Shown: one piece after another, positions 6,140-12,949 of the stretch
Layout of the letters: every line of letters begins with the position of its first letter
Position numbering within the stretch: position 1 is the first letter of the stretch
Assembly: GCA_024404275.1 (NCBI GenBank)
Contig: JAKSQG010000031.1
Location: 1 to 13,504, forward strand
Length of the DNA stretch: 13,504 nucleotides
Reading direction: 5' to 3'
From: Clostridia bacterium
GTDB taxonomy: Bacteria > Bacillota > Clostridia > Christensenellales > Aristaeellaceae
The notes under the pieces: generated by a model
Database searches by the model: none
What the model was told of the DNA's origin: nothing
What the model saw: the letters and a program-made list of their open reading frames with translations, nothing else
Position numbers and translations under genes: made by a program

Positions 6140-6658
6140 TCAATTGAAACGAATCTTTGAGGATTTGAGGTGACGGATGGCAATATTGGCAGCCAAACCG
6201 ATGAGCAGACCGGTGACCAGACCGACCACCAGCAGGATGGCCAGATAATATACCAGCTTCGGAGTCTGAAGCACCAACATGGCCATCAACACCTGACCGG
6301 CGTTGTGCATGGCACCGCCCGCCATACTGACGGTGACCATGTGCAGCCCTCTGACGCGGCTGAGCAGGGACATGGCGATCATGCTGAGCAGACCACCGGC
6401 GGCAGCGTACATCATGGCGCTTACACCGCTGAACATCAAGCCGGACAGCACGATTTTGAGGGCCATCAAGGCGAAGGCGGTGGGGATATCCAGCAGATAG
6501 ATGGCGAAGATGAGCACACCGTTGGAGAGCCCCAGCTTGATGCCGGGAATGCCGGGAACGGCGGGCAGCATGCTCTCGACATAACCGAGAACAAGCATCA
6601 GGGCAGTCAGCAGACCGCAAAGGGCGATGCGCTGAACGGATCTTTTTTGTTTGGCCAT
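6140..6658 (-). CDS. Gx transporter family protein (Hpre_diP_synt_I, PF07456-like membrane protein)
   Basis: The 172-aa polytopic protein carries family-typical segments: LGYVESMLP..PGIPGIKLGLSN, AAAGGLLS, GGAMHNAGQVL and LQTP.LVYYL. AAAGGAG lies 6 nt upstream of the ATG, and the gene starts 19 nt after the upstream gene's stop. Confidence 0.85.
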   Translation of the reverse strand: MAKQKRSVQRIALCGLLTALMLVLGYVESMLPAVPGIPGIKLGLSNGVLIFAIYLLDIPTAFALMALKIVLSGLMFSGVSAMMYAAAGGLLSMIAMSLLSRVRGLHMVTVSMAGGAMHNAGQVLMAMLVLQTPKLVYYLAILLVVGLVTGLLIGLAANIAIRHLKSSKIRFN

Positions 6659-6677
6659 AACGGCTCCTTTCGATGGA

Positions 6678-7232
6678 TTACTGAGCGCTCATCATTGCCA
6701 TGATCTCATCGGGGGTATACAGCTCAACAACCACCTGATTCGGCAGACAGATGATCATGTTGTACAGGATGCGGGTATCCTTGTTTTCGAGGGTGACTTC
6801 ACCCTGATGGACGCAATCCTGGGAGTCGCAGTTGGCGGATTCCATGTACATGCCGGTAGGCGTGATATGCAGATAGTTTTCCAATTGTTTGTCGGAACCG
6901 TCCGCAGCAGGCTGAACGATGGGGAAGGTGAACTCTCCTTCCGCGGGAAGCGGCAGCCAGTAGCTGCTGCTGTTCTGAACAGTCAGCAGGATATAGCCTG
7001 CAGCGGGTTCTACGGTAGCCTGCGGTTCTGCGGTGGTTTCGACAGCGGGAACACTTGTTTCAGCTGCTAGAGCAGCGGTTGCAACAGGTTCAGGGGTTGG
7101 GGTGAACAGCTCGGGCAGCGGCGGCACGGTGGTACGGATGCCGCGGACACCGATGAAGAGCAAAAGGGCTGCAAGGGCGAGAATAACGCCGATGACCCAG
7201 ATGTTTTTATTGTCAAAAGGCTTGCGGGACAT
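6678..7232 (-). CDS. NusG domain II-containing protein (PF07009, formerly DUF1312), N-terminally membrane-anchored
   Basis: There is one N-terminal TM helix (IWVIGVILALAALLLFIGV), a Pro/Thr/Ala-rich linker, and a C-terminal motif NCDSQDCVHQGEV...IICLPNQVVVEL typical of the family. GGAGG lies 5 nt upstream of the ATG. Confidence 0.82.
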   Translation of the reverse strand: MSRKPFDNKNIWVIGVILALAALLLFIGVRGIRTTVPPLPELFTPTPEPVATAALAAETSVPAVETTAEPQATVEPAAGYILLTVQNSSSYWLPLPAEGEFTFPIVQPAADGSDKQLENYLHITPTGMYMESANCDSQDCVHQGEVTLENKDTRILYNMIICLPNQVVVELYTPDEIMAMMSAQ

Positions 7233-7289
7233 AATTCCTCCGGAAACGAAAAAAGGTGATAATGGCAGAGGAGTCTTTCCTCTGAAATA

Positions 7290-7318
7290 ACAATAAATGA
7301 TTTATGGGGATTTGTCAA
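7290..7318 (-). promoter_or_regulatory. Candidate promoter of the NusG-II/Gx operon
   Basis: On the minus strand: TTGACA (plus 7313-7318), a 17-nt spacer, then TATTGT (plus 7290-7295). The -10 element is weak. Confidence 0.4.
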
Positions 7319-7347
7319 TCTTTATCATTGATTTACGAAACAGAACA

Positions 7348-7376
7348 CCGTCCGCAGCCGATAAGACCGCGGACGG
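7348..7376 (-). terminator. Probable terminator hairpin downstream of the reductase gene
   Basis: An 8-bp GC stem, CCGTCCGC (7348-7355) pairing with GCGGACGG (7369-7376), lies 12 nt past the stop. The downstream tract on the minus strand is only moderately T-rich (TGTTCTGTTTCG). Confidence 0.45.
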
Positions 7377-7388
7377 CAAAAATAAAAA

Positions 7389-8495
7389 TTATTTGAGCAG
7401 ATCGGCAAGCTCTGCCATGACGGAAGGTGTATCGATGTTCTGCGGGCAGTGACCGGTGCAGGCGCCGCAGCCAACACAATCGGCGGGTTTACCGACGGAT
7501 TCGATCTTTTCGGCACCCCTCAGCGCGCCGCGGCCATCGACCTTGTAGGCGTTGTAGAGATTAAGGTATTCGGGAATGTTGATCTCTGCCGGGCAGCCTT
7601 CACAGCAATAGCGGCAGGAGGTGCAGGGGACCTGTACCTGATGGCGGAACATTTCGCAGGATTTGAACAGGAGAGCGGTCTCTTCCTCGGTCAGGGCATC
7701 ACCGTCAAAGGTTTTGAGGTTGTCCTGCAGTTGGTCCATGCTGCTCATGCCGCTGAGGATGACATGCACAGCGGGCAGCGTACGCACGAAACGAAGGGAC
7801 CAGGAGGCAATGCTCCAATCGGGATGGGCGGCCTTGAGCGGGGCTTCGGCTTCGGGGGTCAGCGCCGCGAGACGACCACCGCGTACGGGTTCCATGACCA
7901 TGATGGGGATGTTGCGTTCCGCCAGGATGGCGTATTCCTGTTTGGCGGTGCCGTAGAGCCAGTCGTAATAATTGATCTGCAGCTGGGCAAAATCCCAGGC
8001 GTGATGATCGGCAAAGCGGGTCAGCGTCTCCAGAGAGGCATGGCTGGAGAAGCCAAGGTAGCGGATGCGGCCCAGACGCTTCTGCTCCAGGAAATACTCG
8101 ATGGCGCCGCTGCAAAGATAGGAATCAATGTTGTTGTCCAGCAGGCAATGGATCAGATAAAAATCGATGCGATCCGTCTGCAGACGCTGCAGCTGCTCTT
8201 CGAACACGGCCTTGTAATCGGGATTGGCACCAATGAAATACTTGGAAGCCAGATAGAAGCTGTCACGGGGATGCTTCGTCATGCAGGCACCCAGACATCT
8301 TTCAGATTCGCCGCCGCTGTAGGTATAGGCAGTGTCAAAATAGTTGATGCCATTTTCATAAGCACTGTCAATGATCTGATGGGCAGCCGGATAATCAATC
8401 GCTGCTTTGGGGTCGGCGGGGTTGACAGTGGGAAGACGCATGTTGCCCATGCCGAGCGTGGACAGACGAATGTCCTGATAATTCTTGAACTGCAT
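7389..8495 (-). CDS. Aldo/keto reductase family oxidoreductase with a C-terminal 2x[4Fe-4S] ferredoxin-like domain (COG1453 type)
   Basis: The AKR N-terminal region includes GMGNMRLP, INYFDTAYTY, S.KY and IDFYLIH. The C-terminus carries two CxxCxxCxxxCP motifs (CTSCRYCCEGCP and CVGCGACTGHCP). AAAGGGAG RBS. Confidence 0.88.
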   Translation of the reverse strand: MQFKNYQDIRLSTLGMGNMRLPTVNPADPKAAIDYPAAHQIIDSAYENGINYFDTAYTYSGGESERCLGACMTKHPRDSFYLASKYFIGANPDYKAVFEEQLQRLQTDRIDFYLIHCLLDNNIDSYLCSGAIEYFLEQKRLGRIRYLGFSSHASLETLTRFADHHAWDFAQLQINYYDWLYGTAKQEYAILAERNIPIMVMEPVRGGRLAALTPEAEAPLKAAHPDWSIASWSLRFVRTLPAVHVILSGMSSMDQLQDNLKTFDGDALTEEETALLFKSCEMFRHQVQVPCTSCRYCCEGCPAEINIPEYLNLYNAYKVDGRGALRGAEKIESVGKPADCVGCGACTGHCPQNIDTPSVMAELADLLK

Positions 8496-8535
8496 TGAAG
8501 AATCTCCCTTTCACATAGTTTACACTTTCACTCAT

Positions 8536-8564
8536 TTTATACAATAAAAACGGTTGAAGGTCAA
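8536..8564 (-). promoter_or_regulatory. Sigma-70 promoter of the reductase gene
   Basis: On the minus strand: TTGACC (plus 8559-8564), a 17-nt spacer, then TATAAA (plus 8536-8541). Confidence 0.55.
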
Positions 8565-8598
8565 GTGAAAGTTACCGGCTTGGTCTGATAAGCGGTAA

Positions 8599-8642
8599 TA
8601 AAAAAGGACAGGTCAGTCGATAAACTGCCTATCCTTTTTTTA
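8599..8642 (-). terminator. Intrinsic terminator of infC-rpmI-rplT
   Basis: On the minus strand, AGGATAGGCAG ... CTGACCTGTCCT forms a stem with G-U pairs, followed by TTTTTT and preceded by AAAAAAA. It starts 6 nt after the rplT stop. Confidence 0.8.
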
Positions 8643-8648
8643 TTACGC

Positions 8649-8999
8649 TCAGGCCTGCTTGGCGGTTTCGGCCAGCTTGGCGAAAGCCTCGGGATCGCAC
8701 ACAGCGAGATCAGCCAGCATCTTGCGGTTGATATCGATGTTGGCCTTCTTCAGGCCGGCGATCATGGTGGAGTAGTTCATGCCGTTCAGATGAGCGGCGG
8801 CGTTGATGCGGGTGATCCACAGGCTGCGGAACTCACGCTTACGCAGCTTGCGGCCGGTGTAAGCGTAGCGCAGGGAGCGGCGGACCTGCTCACTGGCGGT
8901 GCGGTACTGCTTGGACTTCGCGCCAAAATAGCCCTTCGCCAGCTTGAGCGCCTTACGGCGCTTCTTATGGGCGGTTACAGCCCTTTTAATACGTGCCAT
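8649..8999 (-). CDS. rplT: 50S ribosomal protein L20
   Basis: [35 protein letters not shown]... is canonical L20. GGAGG RBS. Confidence 0.97.
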   Translation of the reverse strand: MARIKRAVTAHKKRRKALKLAKGYFGAKSKQYRTASEQVRRSLRYAYTGRKLRKREFRSLWITRINAAAHLNGMNYSTMIAGLKKANIDINRKMLADLAVCDPEAFAKLAETAKQA

Positions 9000-9026
9000 G
9001 GTTAATCCTCCTTGCCGGAAATGGGC

Positions 9027-9227
9027 TTATTTGTACGGAATCAGCGTGCGGATGGTAGCGGCTTCGGCATTGTTCTGCAGAACGCCGCCCTTACGCATAT
9101 GACGGATACGCTTGGTGGTCTTCTTGTTCAGAATGTGGTTGCAGTTCATGCTCTTGTGCTTGACTTTGCCGGACTTGGTCAGGGAGAAGCGCTTCGCTGC
9201 ACCGCGATGGGTCTTCTGCTTAGGCAT
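9027..9227 (-). CDS. rpmI: 50S ribosomal protein L35
   Basis: [25 protein letters not shown]... is canonical L35. GGAGG RBS. Confidence 0.95.
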   Translation of the reverse strand: MPKQKTHRGAAKRFSLTKSGKVKHKSMNCNHILNKKTTKRIRHMRKGGVLQNNAEAATIRTLIPYK

Positions 9228-9252
9228 GAGGTTTCCTCCTTCCGGGAATTAT

Positions 9253-9813
9253 TCAGGCCTGGGGCTCCGCTGCGGGGCGGGCTTTTTCGGCCTTTGCGGG
9301 TTTATCCGCCTTGGGGGCCAGAATCATAATCATGTGGCGACCGTCAAGAGCAGGTCGTTTTTCAACGACGGAGACGTCCTTGGTGCGATCAATAAAATCC
9401 TGCATGACCTGCAGACCGATCTCGGAATGCGTGATCTGTCTGCCGCGGAAACGGATGCTGACCTTGACCTTGTCGCCGCCCTTGAGGAACTTGATGGCAT
9501 TCTTTGCTTTGGTCTGCACATCGTTTTCTTCGATGGTGGCGGAAAGCTGCACTTCCTTGACGGAAATGACCTTCTGGTTCTTGCGCATATCGCGCTCACG
9601 CTTGGACTGCTCATAACGGTATTTGTCGTAGTCCATCAGCTTGCACACGGGGGGAATGGCGGTCGGGGAGATCTTTACCAGATCCAGACCGGCTTCTTCT
9701 GCCAGCTCCATTGCGCGCGCGGTGGGAAAAACACCCAGCTGAGCGCCGTCAGCGCCAATCAGACGTACCTCGCGGTCACGGATTTCATCATTGATCATTA
9801 ATTCGGCGGCTAT
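9253..9813 (-). CDS. infC: Translation initiation factor IF-3, with a probable non-canonical ATA start
   Basis: The IF-3 sequence includes INDEIRDREVRLIGADGAQLGV...KVSIRFRGRQITH. GGAGGTG (plus 9822-9828) lies 8 nt upstream of an in-frame ATA (9811-9813) but 23 nt upstream of the first ATG (9796-9798). The gene body is certain. The start call is inference. Confidence 0.9.
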   Translation of the reverse strand: MAAELMINDEIRDREVRLIGADGAQLGVFPTARAMELAEEAGLDLVKISPTAIPPVCKLMDYDKYRYEQSKRERDMRKNQKVISVKEVQLSATIEENDVQTKAKNAIKFLKGGDKVKVSIRFRGRQITHSEIGLQVMQDFIDRTKDVSVVEKRPALDGRHMIMILAPKADKPAKAEKARPAAEPQA

Positions 9814-9837
9814 GGTCGATGCACCTCCATCATGTTA

Positions 9838-9970
9838 TGCTTTCTTTTTTGTAAAAAGAAAAGCCGGCGGATGAAACCACCCGCCGACATACATAACTGC
9901 AAATCGGATGCCTGCACCGGGCGAAACAGTATTCGCGGGGTGAGGAGCGGGCGGCTCCTGCTTAACGCAA
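9838..9970 (-). promoter_or_regulatory. infC operon leader with a terminator (L20-leader-type attenuator)
   Basis: An untranslated leader of about 130 nt lies between a consensus promoter and the infC RBS. It contains hairpin AGGAGC-CGCCC-GCTCCT. It also has an intrinsic terminator, GTCGGCGGGT-GGTTTC-ATCCGCCGGC (plus 9863-9888), followed by TTTTCTTTTT. Its position matches the Firmicute L20-autoregulated leader. I could not verify the Rfam consensus by eye. Confidence 0.55.
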
Positions 9971-9974
9971 AGCT

Positions 9975-10003
9975 ATTATAGCATGAAGCCGCCGCGGTGT
10001 CAA
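9975..10003 (-). promoter_or_regulatory. Consensus sigma-70 promoter of infC-rpmI-rplT
   Basis: On the minus strand: TTGACA (plus 9998-10003), a 17-nt spacer, then TATAAT (plus 9975-9980). Both hexamers are perfect. Confidence 0.8.
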
Positions 10004-10023
10004 CTGTTCTCAGCGCTTTTTTG

Positions 10024-11109
10024 TTACAGCAGATGAGAGCAGATGGGATCGAAGGAGAGGTAAGCGGTATCTCCGACGGAGAAGACCTTTTTGTTGGCAG
10101 GGCAGTTGTCGGCAATGCGTACCAGCGTGTCGCCCACACGGACGTGATAATTCTGGTAGCTGCCCATGAAGCAGCTCAGTTCCACCGTGCAGGGCAAATC
10201 GCCCTTATCGGAGATGCAAATGGCTTCGGGACGAAGCACGATGGTGCCTTCGGTGCCCGCTTTGACGCCCTCGGAAGCAGAGACGCGAACGGTATGACCG
10301 TTGACATTGACCGCGGCGATGCCGTCTTCGCAGGAGATAACAGAGCCCTTGAGGAAGTTGCACTCACCGATGAAATCGGCCACGAATTCGCTGTTGGGGT
10401 GATAATAGATCTCTTCGGGGGTTCCCATCTGGGCGATGACGCCGCCCTTCATCAGAATGATCTGATCGGACAGGGACATGGCTTCGCTCTGGTCGTGGGT
10501 GACGTAAATGGCGGTGATGCCGATCTTCTGCTGGATACGGCGGATCTCGGTGCGCATTTCTACTCTCAGTTTGGCATCAAGGTTGGACAGAGGCTCATCA
10601 AAAAGCAGAACACCGGGTTCCACCACCAGGGCACGGGCCAGGGCAACACGCTGCTGCTGACCGCCGGAGAGCTGGTTGGTCATGCGCAGCTCCATGCCGT
10701 CCAGCTTGACCAAAGACAGGATGTTCATGACCTTTTCGCGGATGACGTTCTTGGGCACGCCGCGGAGCTTGAGGCCGTAGGCTACGTTGTCATAAACGTT
10801 CATGTGGGGGAAAAGCGCGTAGGATTGGAACACCATGGCGGTATCGCGCTTGTTGGGGGTCAGCTCGTTGATGGGCTGATCCGCCAGATAGATCTCGCCC
10901 TCATCGGGAGATTCAAAGCCGGCGATCATGCGCAGCGTGGTGGTTTTGCCGCAGCCGGAGGGACCAAGCAGCGTGATGAAGCTGCCGGGGGCGATATCCA
11001 GATTGCAATCCTTCACGGCATAGAAATCGGCGTGGGTTTTGGGATCCTTGTAGATTTTGGAGATATGCTCCAGACGAACGCCCTTGGGGGCTTTAACGGA
11101 TTGACTCAT
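10024..11109 (-). CDS. ABC transporter ATP-binding protein, PotA/FbpC/CysA type with a C-terminal TOBE-like domain
   Basis: Walker A GPSGCGKTT, Q-loop, signature LSGGQQQRVALARAL, Walker B LLFDEPLSNLD and H-loop VTHDQ are all present. A regulatory tail of about 120 aa follows. Confidence 0.93.
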   Translation of the reverse strand: MSQSVKAPKGVRLEHISKIYKDPKTHADFYAVKDCNLDIAPGSFITLLGPSGCGKTTTLRMIAGFESPDEGEIYLADQPINELTPNKRDTAMVFQSYALFPHMNVYDNVAYGLKLRGVPKNVIREKVMNILSLVKLDGMELRMTNQLSGGQQQRVALARALVVEPGVLLFDEPLSNLDAKLRVEMRTEIRRIQQKIGITAIYVTHDQSEAMSLSDQIILMKGGVIAQMGTPEEIYYHPNSEFVADFIGECNFLKGSVISCEDGIAAVNVNGHTVRVSASEGVKAGTEGTIVLRPEAICISDKGDLPCTVELSCFMGSYQNYHVRVGDTLVRIADNCPANKKVFSVGDTAYLSFDPICSHLL

Positions 11110-11127
11110 GATCTTTTTTTCCTCCTG

Positions 11128-12879
11128 TCAGGCTTTGTACAGCGCTTTGGTTTCACGCTCGAATTTGCGGGCAAGACGCTTTTGCTTGTGATCGCTGTCG
11201 AAGTAGCGCAGTATGCCGTTGAGCAGCAGGATCACGCCGTAGGTGATGATGATCAGCACAGTGGCGTAAGCGCAGGCAATTCCGTTTTCACCCTTCTCGG
11301 CAAACTCGTTGATGCGGACGGTAATGAGCAGGTATTTGGGAGTGACCAGCAGGATGATGGCGGAAATGGCCGTGATGGAACGGACAAAGGTGGTGACGAG
11401 GCCGGAAAGGAAACTGTCCTTGATGAGGGGCAGCGTGACGGAGGTGAATACCTTGCCGGAGCCGGCGCCCATATCATAGGCGGATTCCTCGATGGATTTA
11501 TCGATCTGCCGCAGAGCGGAGATACCGGAGCGTGTACCGGTGGGCAGCGAGCGGACGATAAATACGATGACCAGAATAGTGCCTGTGCCGTACAATCCCT
11601 GCATCACACCGGAATGGAAAAGACCGGCGGAATAACCGCGGATGTAGCCGATACCGAGAACGGTGCCGGGTACAGCCATGGCCAGAATGGAAACGAATTC
11701 GATGAAGCCTTTGAGTTTGAACTTCTTTTTGACCACCAGATAGCTGATGATCATACTGAGCAGGGCAGTGATAGGCGTGGCAATGAGGGACAGCAGGATG
11801 GAATCCTTATAAGCCTGCAAACCGTCCATCTTCCACATGTTGACGAAATGATCGGTCACCAGTGTATAGTTGCGGCCCCACAGCTTGAACAGTGCGCCAA
11901 AGGGAACTGCAACATAGAGCAGCACGACGAAGATGCTGACAAGAGAGCACAGTGTGGACAAAGGATAGCGGACGGATTTGTCCTCAATCAGCATACGGGC
12001 ACGGCTGGCTTTTCCGGTGAGCGTCTGGGCGGTCTTCTTTTCCAGATAATATTTCTGAATCAGGAACAGCACCAGCGTGAGCATCAGCAGGATAACGGCC
12101 ATGGCGGAGGCGCCGGGCATATCATAGGTGCCGCCCGTTACCTGCAGGTAGATGGTGGTGGCTAAGGTGTCGTAGTTGCCGCCGATCATCATGGGGTTGG
12201 CAAAGTCGGCGACAGACTCGATAAAGGTGACCAGGAAGGCGTTGCCCAGACCGGGCAGCAGCAGGGGGAGCGTGACGGAGGTGAAAACCTTGAAACGGCC
12301 GGCACCCATATCACGGCTGGCTTCTTCCAGGGAAGGATCGATGTTTTTGAGCAGACCCGTCAGCATCATATAGCAGACAGGGAAGAAGGTAAGAATCTGT
12401 ACGATGGCGATGCCGTGCAGACCGTAAATGTTGTTGTTGCGGATGCCCAGCAGCGTGCGGGTGACCAGACCGGAACGACCGAAGAGCAGGATCATGCTAA
12501 GGCTTAGCACGAAGGGCGGGGAAACGACGGGAAGCATGCTGACGACTTTGAACAGGCCGCGTACCATGCGGGAACGAAGACGGACATATACATCCACATA
12601 CGCGAACAAAAGACCCAGCAGTACCGAACCGAAGCCCACGATGAGCCCCAGAACGATGGTGTTGGTAAACGCGTTACGGAAGGTGTAAAGGTTCCATACG
12701 CGTCCGAAGGCCGAGAGGTTGACACCGTCTGAGCCGCTGACGGCATCGACCAGCAGCATCGCGAGGGGGTAGAGGATGAACAGGGAGAGGAAAATGACAA
12801 GGATGACGATGGCGCCGATCAGCGTGGGATCGGCGAAGAATTTTTTGCGGTCAAGGCGTTTACTGTTTGCTGTGGCCAC
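11128..12879 (-). CDS. Fused two-domain ABC permease (FbpB/ThiP-type, two BPD_transp_1 domains)
   Basis: The 583-aa polytopic protein shows an internal duplication, visible as two EAA-loop copies (LEEASRDMGAGRFKVFTSVTLPLLLPG and IEESAYDMGAGSGKVFTSVTLPLIKDS). The GTG start has AGGAGG 7 nt upstream. Confidence 0.9.
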   Translation of the reverse strand: MATANSKRLDRKKFFADPTLIGAIVILVIFLSLFILYPLAMLLVDAVSGSDGVNLSAFGRVWNLYTFRNAFTNTIVLGLIVGFGSVLLGLLFAYVDVYVRLRSRMVRGLFKVVSMLPVVSPPFVLSLSMILLFGRSGLVTRTLLGIRNNNIYGLHGIAIVQILTFFPVCYMMLTGLLKNIDPSLEEASRDMGAGRFKVFTSVTLPLLLPGLGNAFLVTFIESVADFANPMMIGGNYDTLATTIYLQVTGGTYDMPGASAMAVILLMLTLVLFLIQKYYLEKKTAQTLTGKASRARMLIEDKSVRYPLSTLCSLVSIFVVLLYVAVPFGALFKLWGRNYTLVTDHFVNMWKMDGLQAYKDSILLSLIATPITALLSMIISYLVVKKKFKLKGFIEFVSILAMAVPGTVLGIGYIRGYSAGLFHSGVMQGLYGTGTILVIVFIVRSLPTGTRSGISALRQIDKSIEESAYDMGAGSGKVFTSVTLPLIKDSFLSGLVTTFVRSITAISAIILLVTPKYLLITVRINEFAEKGENGIACAYATVLIIITYGVILLLNGILRYFDSDHKQKRLARKFERETKALYKA

Positions 12880-12903
12880 AGGATGACCTCCTTAGCAGAT
12901 TAA

Positions 12904-12934
12904 GAGAAAAGGGATGGTCCGCAGACCATCCCCA
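12904..12934 (-). terminator. Intercistronic hairpin after the SBP gene (partial terminator or stabiliser)
   Basis: On the minus strand, GGGGATGGTC-TGCG-GACCATCCC(T) forms a 9-10 bp stem (plus 12911-12933), followed by TTTTCTCTT. The permease RBS lies immediately downstream. Confidence 0.55.
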
Positions 12935-12949
12935 GATCTAAGACGAAGA

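Noticed and set aside
6081-6703. Alternative-frame ORFs (6081-6620 minus, 6170-6703 plus) over the Gx transporter gene.
   Set aside because: The translations are Arg/His/Gly-rich and non-membrane, with no RBS. The 6140-6658 frame gives a coherent polytopic family member with an AAAGGAG RBS.
7449-8498. A 349-aa plus-strand ORF, and the 7705-8115 and 7663-7956 ORFs, overlapping the reductase gene.
   Set aside because: They are antisense or off-frame relative to a gene with clear AKR and 2x CxxCxxCxxxCP motifs. They have no RBS and are low-complexity.
9841-9861. The palindromic T/A tract TTTCTTTTTTGTAAAAAGAAA, which looked like a possible repeat or insertion scar.
   Set aside because: Its A-rich half (9853-9862) is simply the terminator U-tract seen on the minus strand, and the remainder is the sequence just downstream of the terminator in the transcript. 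There are no flanking direct repeats and no associated mobile-element genes.
9997-12165. A 722-aa plus-strand ORF, the largest in the window.
   Set aside because: It is antisense to the ABC ATPase and permease genes and begins inside the infC promoter. The G/D/H/Q-rich composition has no domain signature, whereas the minus-strand frames carry complete ABC motifs and duplicated EAA loops.
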